Made by a program: the position numbers and the translations under genes. A DNA stretch of 64,000 nucleotides from Mobula hypostoma (Eukaryota), in NCBI RefSeq assembly GCF_963921235.1, contig NC_086121.1, positions 41,788,001 through 41,852,000 of the forward strand, given 5' to 3'. This document shows, piece by piece, positions 24,355 through 36,840 of the stretch. Below the pieces are notes generated by a model, which worked only from the letters and a program-made list of their open reading frames with translations, was not told the DNA's origin and searched no databases. Positions within the stretch are counted from its first letter, which is position 1. Each line of letters starts with the position of its first letter.

Positions 24355-27300
24355 ATAAGACCATAAGACACAGGAGCGCAATTAGGCCATTTGAGCCAAA
24401 AAGTTTGCTCTTGATCATGGTTGATTAATTTTCTCTCTCAATTCTGTTCTCCTGCCTTCTCCCCATAGCTTCTGATGTACTTAAGTACCCACCAACTTTA
24501 AATATAGCCAGCGAAGACCTCCACTGCCATCTGCGACAATGAATTCCACAGATTATACGGTCATACTGACAGTGGTCTACATTCCCCCCACCCCAGGCGG
24601 TCGTGGAGTGTGCTCTGAACATACTGTATGCCAACATCGGTGAACTTGAGACCAGGTATCCGGAGGCTTTGCTCATTACAGCCGGGGACTTTAACCAGGC
24701 CAATCTCAGAAAGGCACTGCCAAAGTTATGCCAACGTGTCTCCTGCCCCACTAGAGGCCCGAATATACTTGACCACTGCTACACAGCCGTCAAGGATGCC
24801 TACCATTCCATCCCACGATCTCACTTCAGAAAATTGGACCATCAGGCAGTACTCCTCCTCCCGGCTTACAAACAGAAACTGATGCAGGAGGTCACAGTGT
24901 CAAAAGTAGTATCGCGTTGGACGGAGGAAACGGATGAGGTCCTCCGTGACTGTTTTGAATCGGTGGTCTGGTTAGTATTCAAGGACTCGGCAGCTACCCT
25001 CGATGAGTATGCCTCAGCTGTCATGGACTTTATTTGGAAATGCACAGAGAACTGTTTGTCTCGCAAGACGATCCGGGTATTCCCTAACCAGAAACGTTGG
25101 ATGAATTATGAGGTTAAGACCCTTTTAAAGGCTAGAGCTGCGGCTTTTAGGTCCGGGGATACCAGTCGCTACACAGAATCCAGGTGTGAACTCTGGAAAG
25201 CCATTAAGGGCACCAAGAGGCAATATCAAGCCAAGTTGGAAGCCCAGGCTAACCAGAGGGATGCCAGTAGACTATGGCAGGGTCTAAATGAGATCACTGG
25301 GTGCAAAGAAAAGGCTGGGAATATCAATAACTGTGGCGCTTCTCTTCCTGACAAACTTAACGTATTCTACGCAAGATTTGAACAGAAGAGGAGCGTCCCA
25401 CTCCCTCCAGATGAACCGGACCTGGTGGCATCGATATTCATTGTCACTGAGGAGGATGTTAGAAGGGCCTTCCAGAAGATAAATCCAAGGAAGGTGATGG
25501 GCCCAGATGGTGTCCCAGGACGGGTTCTCCGGGCCTGTGCAAGCAAGCTAGCTGGAGTGTTTGCTGACACCTTCAACTGCTCCTTGCTTCAGTCTAAGAT
25601 CCCCTCGTGTTTTAAGAAGGCAACGATAATCCCAGTGCTGAAGAAGAGCAAGGTGGCATGCCTGAATGACTATCAACCTGTGGCTCTGACATCAATTGCT
25701 ATGAAGTGCTTCGAGAGATTGGTTATGGCACACATCAACCACAGCCTACCGGTCAACCTCAAAGCTTTGCAATTCGCCTACTGGAGCAACAGGTCAACGG
25801 CAGATGTCATCTCTCTGGCCCTACATTCCTCCTTAGAACACCTGGTGAATAAAGATGCATACGTAAGGCTCCTTTTCATTGACCACAGCTCTGCCTTTAA
25901 TACCATCATTCCAAATAAACTAATTCCTAAGCTCCGGAACCTGGGTCTTAGCACACAGATCTGCAGCTGGATCTTCAACTTCCTCACAGACTGGACCCAG
26001 GCTGTAAAAATAGGGGACAAGCTCTCCTCTACAATCACTCTGAGCACCGGTGCCCCACAAGGCTGTGTACTCAGCCCCCTGCTGTAATCACTGTACACCC
26101 ATGATTGTGTAGCCAAGTTTCCATCGAACTCAATATATAAGTTTGCTGATGACACAACAATTGTAGGCCGTATCTCGGGTAATGATGAGTTTGAGTACAG
26201 AGAGGAAATTAAGAACCCAGTGGCATGGTGCAAAGACAATAACCTATCCCTCAACATCAGCAAGACGAAGGAATTGGTTGTTGACTTCAGAAGGAGTAGC
26301 TGACCGCACGACCCAATTTACGTCGGTAGTGCGCAAGTGGAACAGGTCAAAAGCTTTAAGTTCCTCGGGGTCAATATCACAAATGACCTGACTTGGTCCA
26401 ACCAAGCAGAGTCCACTGCCAAGAAGGCCCACCAGCGCCTTTACTTCCTGAGAAAACTAAAGAATTTGGCCTGTCCCCTAAAACCCTCACTAATTTTTAT
26501 AGATGCACCGTAGAAAGCATTCTTCTCGGGTGCATCACAACCTGGTATGGAAGTTGTCCTGTCCAAGACCGGAAGAAGCTGCAGAAGATCGTGAACATGG
26601 TGCAGCACATCACACAAACCAATCTTCCGTCCTTGGACTCACTTTACACCGCACGCTGTCGGAGCAGTGCTGCCAGGATAATCAAGGACACGACCCACCC
26701 AGCCAACACATTTTTCGTCCCTCTTCCCTCCGGGAGAAGGCTCTGGAGCTTGAAGACTCGTATGACCAGATTTGGGAACAGCTTCTTTCCAACTGTGATA
26801 AGACTGCTGAACGGATCCTGACCCAGATCTGGGCCGTACCCTCCAAATATCCGGACCTGACTCTCGGTTTTTTTACACCATCTTACTTTCCATTTTGCTA
26901 TTTTCTATTTATGATTAATAATTTAAATTTTTAATATTTACTAATTTTTACTATTTTTAATATTTAATATTTGTAATCCAGGGAGTGGGAAGCGCAGAAT
27001 CAAATATCGCTGTGATGATTGTACGTTCTAGTATCAATTGTTTGGCGACAATAAAGTATAAAGATTATTCACCCTCTAGCTAAGGACATTGCTCTTCATC
27101 CATGTTCTGAAGTGATTTCCTGCTATTCTGAAGCTGTGTCCTCTGGTCGTAGATTCTCCCACTATTGGAAACATCCTTTGCATACCCACTCAATCTGGGC
27201 CTTTCAATATTCAGTAGGTTTAAATTAGATCCTCCTTCATTCTTCAAAATTCCAGTGAGTACAGGAGTAGAACCATCAAATGCTCCTCACACATTAACCT

Positions 27301-27400
27301 TTCATTCCTGGGGTCATTCTTGTAAACTTCCTCTGGACCCTCTCCAGTGCCAGCACACCCTTTCTTAGATAAAGGGGACCAAAACTGCTTACACTTTCTG
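24355..27400 (-). mobile_element. Old CR1 3' fragment split by a Rex1 insertion (24355-24556 and 27062-27400)
   Basis: Tail cataagaccataagacacaggagc; gaattccacagatt continues as ..caccctctagctaagg after the Rex1 element. Confidence 0.75.
24557..27061 (+). mobile_element. Rex1/Babar LINE (APE C-terminus + RT + 3'UTR), 5'-truncated and inactivated
   Basis: ORF 24603..26087: [44 protein letters not shown]; stop at 26085-26087, then SLYTHDC..KFADDTT; AATAAA tail; TSD agattat at 24550-24556 and 27062-27068. Confidence 0.95.
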
Positions 27401-27719
27401 GTTAATCCAGTTCTTGAATCCAAGAGCTACCTTGATTCTGTTCTTATGAAATAGAAGGGGGTCATTTCGCTTATCAAGTTTATGCCAGCCCTCAAAACTA
27501 TCCCCTTCCCCCATTCATTGTGATAGGCTTCTTCACTATCAAAAGCTGACATCATTGGCCATCCTAGTGGACAGGCCAGCAGTGTACGACCTCACACATT
27601 TTCTTCCTACCTACTGTGAGATCCTAGTCATCTCAGCCTGGAAGCAAGGCTGGTGGAAAAGGTTGAGAGCATTGGTAAGAGAGACAGGCATTCAGAATGA
27701 TTAGTTGGTAACCATTGTG

Positions 27720-28121
27720 AACCATTGCTGGACTTTATTTCTTGGAGTGCAGGAGAATGAGGGAAGATCTTGTAGAGGTATACAAAATTATGAGGGTATG
27801 GACTGGGTTAATGCATGGAGGCTTTTTCCCACCAGGTTGGGTGAGACTAGAATTGGAGGTCATAAATTTAACATGATAGGTGAAGTATTGAATGGGGATC
27901 TGAGATGGACCTTCTTCAATCGGAGGGTAGTGGAAGCATGGAATGAGCTGCTAGCAGAAGTGGTAGATCTGGGTGCAGTTGTAACATTTAAGAGAAGTTT
28001 GGATAGGTACGTGGATAAGAGGGGTGAGGAGGGCTATGGTCTGAGTGCAGGTAGATGGGACTAGGCAGGAGGTCAGATTGGCACAGTCTAAATGGGCCAA
28101 AGGGCCTGTTTATATGTTGTA
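27720..28121 (+). mobile_element. Old CR1 3' fragment
   Basis: FFNRRVVEAWNEL..FKRSLDRYV (ORF 27705..28064); tail gggccaaagggcctgttt. Confidence 0.8.
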
Positions 28122-28699
28122 TGTGGGGTTCTCACTAATATTCACTGCTACTGCTAATGAAATGGCTTCTCTGTAATGTTAATTACTGATGTAATGGTTT
28201 CTCTGTAGCAGTGATGTTTGGGTTATAACTACAGATAATGGATAGCTAACCAATGGGAGAGATGTTATTCTACCTTGTATGTCCGGGAACCGAGTTTTTG
28301 GCAGGTTTTCGGTCGAGGTGAGTGAGGAGGAAGAACGAGTGCGGGGAGCGCTCGGTGATCACCAGACAGAGTCTAGGGGAATTTGAGGGTCCGGAGGTTG
28401 ACGGCGTCTCGGTGGAGGTAGTTTGAGGAACACAGGAGGCGTGAGCTTCAACGATTTTTGAGCATGAACTGTAAACTTAAATAAGAGTGACACCTTCGTC
28501 TTTTATATTTTGTTTCTCTACTAACCACACAACAAAATAAGAGTTATAAAGTGTGACCATTTAATTGCTTGTTTTGTACTGCCTGATATTTGCTTTGTGA
28601 GTTTGTACTGGGGTACGTTATACAGCATCCACCCAAACTTGAATGCCCTATTTGGCAGGGCTGAAAGCTGAAACGTGCGGGCAAGGCTAGTGGGCTACA
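28122..28699. mobile_element. Probable solo LTR
   Basis: TGT...ACA termini, 578 bp, non-coding, flanked by direct repeat tgttgta (28115-28121 and 28700-28706). Confidence 0.55.
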
Positions 28700-28744
28700 T
28701 GTTGTAATCACATCAACATATCCCAAATGCAGACTCCCACAGGC

Positions 28745-28987
28745 AGTCAGACTGCTAAATAGCTGCTCCACCTGACTCTGCTTTGGACACTTTTAACTTG
28801 CACTGGACACTCATAACTGATTTAACTGACATGTGGCTGTTGTGTTTTACTATTTATTGTTATGTTTATTATTTAGTGTTGCGTTTGTTATGTTATGATT
28901 GCACTGCCCTTGAGAAACGCTGTCTCATTCTGCCCTGCAGAGCTGATGTATGGTTAGAATGACAATAAATTTTTTTGAATCTTGAAA
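28745..28987 (+). mobile_element. Rex1-type 3'UTR fragment
   Basis: gagaaacgctgtctcatt..gaatgacaataaa..tgaatcttgaa tail, similar to 7125-7213. Confidence 0.6.
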
Positions 28988-29079
28988 TGGTTTTGTATTT
29001 GGTTATCTTGTTCTTTGGGCTATTGTTTTCAGCAGATGCGTGTTACAAAATGATTGTTGGACCAGATGTAGTGTCATTC

Positions 29080-29425
29080 AGCAGAGAAACAGGTCCTTGG
29101 CCCAAATGATCTATGCCAACCAAGGTTCCCAGATTCCCATCTGAGCTATATGCCCACGTTTGGCATATATCCGCCTAAACCTTTCTTATACATGTACCTG
29201 TCCAAGTACTTTTTTTAAAATGTTGTTACTGTTCCTGCCCGATACTTCCTCCAACAGCTCATTCCATATACTGACCACCCTCTGAGTGAAAATGATGCAC
29301 CTCAAGTTCTTATTAAATCTCTCCCCTCTCACCTTAAACCTATGCACCCCAGTGCTCGACTCACCAACCCTGGGGAAAAGAACCCCGTGTGTTCACCCTG
29401 CCTATGCCCCTGATAATTTTATATA
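29080..29425 (-). mobile_element. Old CR1 3' fragment
   Basis: gaaacaggtcc..acctgtccaag..cagctcattccatata..accaccctctgagtgaaaa..ctcaccttaaacctatg. Confidence 0.7.
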
Positions 29426-30794
29426 GTCCTCTCCCTCAGGCTTTGAGGGGTTATGAATAGATAGCGAACATTCTTCGATGGTGAACGAAGGGGAGGTCAC
29501 GGTGCTGAATAAAGACAAGATGAATTGGTTGCAGGACGTATGGGGAATATAGCAACATTGATACAGGGAGAAGGCTGTCATTGGCCAGTGTAGTGTTGAG
29601 GAGATATGAGTAATCTCCAGATGTTATTGGGTGTGCTGAAGTCGTACTGGAATTCCTATACGTACATAGTGGAATTGATATTGAACAATATGCAGCATAA
29701 AAGTGGTGCCTCAGACTAATTGGCCCAGTGTCCTAGAAATGAAAAGAATATCAGGCCGCATTGTTGGAAATCTGAAATAAATTCAGCAAATTCCAGAAAA
29801 ACTCTGCAGGCCAGGCACTTCTCGAAACAAAAGAAATAGAAGCGCCATTTCAAGTCAAGGTCTCTCAATAAGAACTGCTTAACAAAATACGTTAGAATTA
29901 AATTGGAGGGAGTGATGAGGAGGTGTGGGTGGGTAGTACAAAGTGAAAACACCAGACAGCATCAGGCGAGAATTGTTTTGGGGCAAATAGGCTTTTGATG
30001 TTATCTGCTTTTTTTTAAAGATTAATGGGGGAATTTAAAGAGAACACAACGGAACTTAAAATCTGCAAAGTTTAGAGCTGTAGGAAATGCATTGCAGTGG
30101 TTGGTTAAAACATTGCCCCAGAAACATTCTCAACATGCTGAAACATTTGGTGCAACAGTTGCACTTTGGCAAGGAAAACTCCTGCAAACAGAGCTGAAAG
30201 CACCTGAGAATTTAAGATTCATTTGCATGTTATTGCCCCCACTTTGTTCATTTCCTGCTTTTGACACTGGCTTGACATCTGAATGGTTGAAGTAAAATGT
30301 CAACTAGTCCCCAGATACCCAACTCAAATTAGAGTTTGGGAGTTAGTCTGAAACCACAGAGCCAGCCTCCTTCAACACAGACTTTTTGAGAAGTTATTCT
30401 GTGTTTGGGGAAAGGGATTTGTGCAATATTTAATGATACTTTCTGAACTTTTCTTGACATTATTAAGGCATTTTCCAAGGATCTGTCAAACTTCATTTGC
30501 ATTGAGCCCTGAGAAAATCGAGAGGGTTGAGAGATTCATATTGATTTACATTATTTCACAGAAGTCAATGCATTTTCAAACTTATCCAATCCCTAGACCT
30601 GTTAATAACTGTAATTATTTACAGTATGTATATTGTTTAACTTCTGACCCACATGTATTCTAAACTTATGGCTGTCAGAAACCTCAGAAAATTGCATGTG
30701 GTGCTATGGTATATATAGATATCCCATTCACGACTTTCCATGAAAGTTGTAATTTATTTGGATATCTACCTAGCAACACAAGTTAGTGTTGAAT

Positions 30795-31002
30795 TTGTTA
30801 CCACAGGCAGCTGTGGAGGCCAGGACATTGAGTGTATTTAAGGCAGAGTTTGATAGGCTCTTGATTGGCCACGGCATTGAAGTTTGCGGGGAGAAGGCCG
30901 GGGAATGGGGCTGAGGAGGGGAAAAAGGATCAGTCATGATTGAATGGCAGAGCAGACTGGGTGGGCCAAATGGTCTAATTCTGCTCCTATGTCATGGTCT
31001 TA
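30795..31002 (+). mobile_element. CR1 3' end
   Basis: gtatttaaggcagagtttgatagg..gatcagtcatgattgaatggcagagcagac..aattctgctcctatgtc. Confidence 0.8.
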
Positions 31003-32437
31003 ACCTGAAGTACAATACCAATTTGATTTTGGGATCAAAATTCAATTTTCCTTTTTTGTACCACTGACAATCAAGTTTCTAGCCATAGCCTCATATGACA
31101 TGAACATAAATGTCTTTACTCAGAGGTGGTGCACTACTCTAGAGAAAGTATTGAAAACAGTAACATCTTTTATGTCTTTCTAATGGCCCTTTTATTTACT
31201 GAGAGAGTTCGCTGCCATTGTGATTGTGGCTGTGTACATCCCCAACCTGTGCAAACATTAGGAAGTGATGAGAGAAGTCAATGGCACCCAGTAGTGACTT
31301 GCAAACCGCACACCCTGCGGGTTCTTCATTGTTGCCGGCAACTTCAACCTTGATAACTTCAAAACAGTCCTGCCTAAGTTCTCCCAGCATGTTAACTTTG
31401 CTACCAGAGGCAAGAGCACATTCGACCTGGTTTATACCAACATCCATAGTGCATACAAAGCATTCCCTTGCACCCACTTTCGGTGCTCTGATCACTTCTC
31501 TGTCCTGCTAATTCTTGCCTACTGACAATTGACCAAATGAGTCATGCCAACTCAAAGGGAGATAGTGACCTGGCCAGAAAGAGCAACCTCAGCAATGCCA
31601 AGCTGTTTTGAATACACAGTCTGGAACATGTTCAGCGAGCCGGCTACCTAGGATCATCACGTAACGTTGATGAATATTTGGGATCTGTGGCTATATAAAG
31701 AAGTTTACAGAGGACGTCACCGTTATTAAACACATCTGTGAGAACGCATCATAATCCATGGTTGGCAGCAGAGGTCTAAGCATGGCTGAGAGATCGGGAT
31801 GCTTCCTTCGGATTGGGGAATAAGGCAGCTCTCAGGTCAGCGAGAGCTGTGCCTTCCAGGGCCATCAGGAAGGCAAAATGGGAGAGAATATAAAGTAATT
31901 TCTGTGCCACTAGAGACATGAGGCACATGTGGCAGGCATTCAGAACATAACAGGCTACCAGTATATCAGTGATCGTGATGCCTCTCTTCCTGATGAGCTG
32001 AAAGCCTTTTACGCTCAGCATGGAACGATGTGCCAGTAACCAAGTCCACCCCCACCCCCCCACCAAAGAGCAGACACTCTGTCTGGCCAGAGCTGATGTA
32101 AGGAAGACCCCAGCCAGGGTCAACCCATGTAAAACTGTCAGGCTTAATAGCACACATGATCAGGTGTTGAAAGTCTGTGCAGCTCAGTTAACAGAAATTC
32201 TGTCAGACATCTTCACCATCTCTCTGGAACAGTCCACTGTCCCCACAGACTTCAAGGCTCCACCATCATCCTAGTGCCCAAGAGGACAACAGTAATCAGT
32301 CTTAATAACTACCATCCGGTGGCACTGACCTCAACAATACTGAAATACTTTGAGTGGATGGTTATGAGTCACATGAAATCCCATCCTCCTGCAACATTGG
32401 ACCCTTTCTAGTCCGTTCATCACTCAAAAAAATTCTT

Positions 32438-33252
32438 ATTTTAAGATGGTGTTACTGAATGCATGCTTACTGGTAGTTTGAAAGGCATGAAATTTAACTA
32501 AAACATTACTAATAATACCTTTTCTGAAGAAAATTGTAGTAAACTATCATCACAATCATTGGAGAAACAAGCGGAGGTGAAGCTGATTGGAAGGATGGGC
32601 CTCTCAGCTGCATTGCAAAAGCAAAGCACAATGTGTTCAATACGGAGTTGTTATCACTGTGGGAGTTGGAGTTGGAATGAGCAATTTGGAGAGAAGTTGA
32701 TGCGGAAGGGTTTTGATGCCCGTCCACCTAACCTCGGTGCAGGGTTGTTCCGAGCCAATTTGTTGAGATCGAGAATGGCTTCGGGCCGGGCATCCGAGTG
32801 TATCAAGGCCAAGGTTTGGTTCCTAGAGCGAGGCACTGTCCAGTGCTTGAACAATTTAAATCCCGATCCAGATAGACTGGAAAGCCTGAGTGTCTGGACC
32901 AGAGGCAAGAGTCCGGCTGATTTTGCTCGTTCTCTTGCCGAGGTTCATTCACCTCTTGGTGGTAAACTGCTCTGGCTGCTCTGCTACTAAGACCAAGGCT
33001 TGGGCCTACTCTAGCTGCTCCAGAGAGTGGATCTAAGGACTCAATCTGATTCAAACACTGTCGCTTGCTTTTATTGTTCACATGATTGTCATTTTACTCC
33101 CTCTTTCTTTGTACAGTGGTTTTGGTCTTTCTTTTTTTATTCGGTTCTTTAGATTGCTTGCTTTATGGCTGCCTGTAAGCAGACAAATCTCAAGGTGAAT
33201 AATTTATACATTCTTTGATGATAAATGTACTTTAAATTTTTGAATCTTTGAA
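32438..33252 (+). mobile_element. Apparently full-length non-coding retroposon (AAGATGG head, Rex1-type tail)
   Basis: Starts ..taagatggtg; ends gctgcctgtaagcagacaaatctcaagg..gataaatgtacttt..tgaatctttgaa; interrupts a Rex1 RT region; homologous to 51170-51880. Confidence 0.7.
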
Positions 33253-34214
33253 ATCAGTCCACTGATAGCCTGTGCCCTCCGCTCCATCATATCCCGCTGG
33301 GAAAATGGTGCCTTATACATCAGTGTGCTTTTTATCAATTTCAGCTTGTCATTTAATGCAATCATCCCTCAAAAGCTGGTGAATAAACTGTCCTTGTTAG
33401 GTCTCAACAGCTCCCTCTGTAATTCGATCTAGGACTTCATGACAGAAAGACCATAGTCAGTGTGGATGGCAGTAACATCTCTTGCTCCATCACACTGAGC
33501 ACCCGCTACCCCCAGAGCTACATGTTCAACCCACTGCCATCCACATGCTAATGCTTGACTGCTGCTAGACTCAGTTCCAACCAAACCACCACATTCGTGG
33601 ATGACACAATAGTGGCTGGTCTCGTCAACAGCGATGACGAGATGGCCTGCAGAGAGGAGCTGGAGCCTCTGGTGGAATGGTGTGAGCTGAACAACTTGAG
33701 TCTCAATGGAGACAAGACTAAAGACTTGATTGTGAACTTCAGGAAGGTGCAGCCTGACCTATCCTCTCGACACATACACGGCTCCTCCATAGAGGGAGTT
33801 AGGAGCACTATGTTTCTGGGCATGCACATAATGGACGATTTCACCTCATCCCTCAACATCACCTACTTAGTGAAGAAAGCACAGTAACGTCTCCACCTCC
33901 TGAGAAGATTGCAGCAAGTGAGTCTCCCCCACCCCTTTTCTAACCAATTACAGGAGCAACATCGAGAGTGTACTGACCAGTTGACCAGCAGCCTCACTGT
34001 ATGGTGTGGGAATTGCAAGGCATCACAGCACAAGACCCTACAAGGGATTGTGAGGACCACTGAGTGGATCATTGGGGTTCCTATTCCACCCATCTGAGAT
34101 ACTTACCGGGAGCATTGCATATGCAGGGCTCTTGTCAATGATCTCTTTGCTTCCCCCCCCACCCCACCACCATCAAGCAAGAGGTACTGTAGTATTAGGA
34201 CAAGGACTGTTAGG

Positions 34215-35699
34215 ATAGAAACATAGAAACATAGCAACTAGGAGCAGGAATAGGCCATTCGGCCCTTCGAGCCTGCACCACCATTCAGTATGATCATGGC
34301 TGATCATCCAACTCAGAACCCTGTACCTGCCTTCTCTCCATACCCCCTGATCCCTTTAGCCACAAGGGCCATATCTAACTCCCTCTTAAATATAGCCAAT
34401 GAACTGGTCTCAACTGTTTCCTGTGGCAGAGAATTCCACAGATTCACCACTCTCTGAGTGAAGAAGTTTTTCCTCATCTCGGGCCTAAAAGGCTTCCCCT
34501 TTATTCACAAACTGTGACCCCTCGTTCTGGACTTCCCCAACATCGGGAACAATCTTCCTGCATCTAGCCTGTCCAATCCCTTTAGAATTTTATACGTTTC
34601 AATAAGATCTCCCCTCAATCTTCTAAATTCCAGATAGTGTAAGCCGAGTCGATCCAGTCTTTCATCATATGAAAGCCCTGCCATCCCAGGAATCAATCTG
34701 GTGAACCTTATTTGTACTCCCTCTATGGCAAGAATGTCTTTCCTCAGATTAGGGAACCAAAATTGTACACAGTACTCCAGGTGTGGTCTCACCAAGGCCT
34801 TGTACAACTGCAGTAGTACCTCCCTGCTCCTGTACTCGAATCCTCTTGCTATAAATGCCAGCATACCATTCGCCTTTTTCACCGCCTGCTGTACCTGCAT
34901 GCCCACTTTCAATGACTGGTGTATAATGACACCCAGGTCTCGTTGCACCTCCCCTTTTCCTAATCGGCCACCATTCAGATAATAATCTGTTTTCCTATTT
35001 TTGCCACCAAAGTGGATAACTTCACATTTATCCACATTAAATTGCATCTGCCATGAATTTGCCCACTCACCTAACCTATCCAAGTCACCCTGCATCCTCT
35101 TAGCATCCTCCTACCAGCTAACACTGCCGCCCAGCTTTGTGTCATCCGCAGAATTGGAGATGCTGCATTTAATTCCCTTGTCTAAGCCATTTATATATAT
35201 TGTAAACAACTGGGCTCCCAGCACTGAGCCTTGCTAGTCACAGCCTGCCATTCTGAAAAGGTCCTGTTTATTCCCACTCTTTGCTTCCTGTCTGCCAACC
35301 AATTCTCTATCCACATCAATACCATACCCTCAATACCCTGTGCTTTAAGTTTGCACACTAATCTCCTGTGTGGGACCTTGTCAAAAGTCTTTTGAAAATC
35401 CAAATATACCACATCCACTGGTTCTCCCTTATCCACTCTACTAGTTACATCCTCAAAAAATTCTATGAGATTTGTCAGACATGATTTTCCTTTCACAAAT
35501 CCATGCTGACTTTGTCCGATGATTTCACTGCTTTCCAAATGTGCTGTTATCACAGCTTTGATAACTGACTCTAGCATTTTCCCCACCACCGATGTCAGGC
35601 TTACCGGTCTATAATTCCCCAGTTTCTCTCTCCCTCCTTTTTTAAAAAGTGGGGTTACATTAGCCACCCTCCAATCCTCAGGAACTAGTCCAGAATTTA
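34215..35699 (-). mobile_element. CR1 LINE, 5'-truncated RT region
   Basis: VPEDWRVANVTPLFKKG..NYRPVSLTS..QHGFVKGKSCLTNL..YLDFQKTFDKVPH; MQGDLDRL..RTRGH; (CATAGAAA)n tail. Confidence 0.95.
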
Positions 35700-36069
35700 A
35701 AGGATTGGAAACAGCCTCTTTCCCAGGCCAAGAGACTACTGAAGTCCCTGCCATCACTCAGGTCTCACCAGATATGAAACACAAGTAGCGTTATACTGTT
35801 TACTTTTTAACTTATGGTGTAAATGCACCTAATACTTTATTAACTTATTTGTTATAAAATTGCTTTGTGTGTGAGTCATACATAATGTGTTATGCATTTT
35901 GGTCTGGAGGAATGTCGTAGACTTGTATATGGTTGAAATGACAATGAATTTGAACTTGATAAATTATTGAGCCTACCCTCTAAAATTGCTGGATTATTAG
36001 CAGGCAATATTGAATGTGTCACAGTGTTACATTAGGAAAAAGAAGTGTTGGAAAAGCAATATTAATTGC

Positions 36070-36262
36070 TTTTCACCCGTCCCCCTCTCCCGGTTTCACC
36101 TGCCACCTACTCCCTTGTACTTCTTCCTCCTCTCCCCCCTCCTCCTTACTCTGATTTCTCATCTTCTTTCTCCAGTCCTGATGAAGGGTCTCGGCTTGTT
36201 TCCTCTTTTCCATAGGTGCTACCTGGCCTGCTGAGTTCCTCCAGCACTTTGTGTGTATTGCT
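36070..36262 (+). mobile_element. Penelope pLTR fragment, hammerhead partly deleted
   Basis: cagtcCTGATGAagggtctcggc followed by deletion of GAAAC; gctacctggcctgctgagttcctccagcac.ttgtgtgt. Confidence 0.75.
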
Positions 36263-36589
36263 TAGGGCAGATCCACTAGCTCTGAGGGCTGAACAATTGG
36301 ATGAGGCATGGTAAACTGTGGATAGATTTGAGTGCAAACTAAGAGTTTAAAATCTGAATTGCAGACAAACTGAGACACAACAGAGGTCACAGACTGTTAG
36401 AGTGAGACAGGAGCAGGTCTTGGTATGAACCAAGATTCAGACAGCAGTGTTTTAATCAGATGATTCAAAGAGATTGACAGAGTCTTGGGGTTTGATCAGG
36501 AAAATGGTGGAGGGCTCCAGTCAACTAGCAGCAAAGGCCAGAGTAAAGCATCAGAATGTAAAGGGCTAGATCTGGGATGCAAACTAAGG

Positions 36590-36840
36590 ATCCTCACCGT
36601 CTGGGACATGCCCTCTTCTCGTTACTAACATCGAGGAAGAGTTTATAGGAGCCTGAAGACCTACTTTCAATGATACAGGAACAGCTTCTTCCCCTGTGCC
36701 GTCAGATTTCTGAATGATCCACGAACCCATGAACACTAGCTTACTATCCCTCTTCTGCACAATTTATTTACTTCTATAACTTCGAGGAGTATTTTTTGTC
36801 TTTTACAACATAGTCAGTGATAATAAATCTGATTCAGATT
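36590..36840 (+). mobile_element. Old Rex1 3' fragment
   Basis: ggaacagcttcttccc..gtcagatttctgaatg..gtcagtgataataaatctgattcagatt. Confidence 0.65.

Larger units (their letters stand above)
31160..35962 (+). mobile_element. Old Rex1/Babar LINE fragmented by two later insertions (31160-32430, 33253-34214, 35700-35962)
   Basis: gttgccggcaacttcaac (AG.FN), LKVCAAQLTEILSDIFTISL, TFVDDTIVAGL, KKAQ, 3'UTR ending gacaatgaatttgaacttga. Confidence 0.85.

Noticed and set aside
24603-26087. 494-aa ORF as a host gene or active retroelement
   Set aside because: It is a 5'-truncated Rex1/Babar ORF with a premature stop before the catalytic ADD motif and further lesions downstream.
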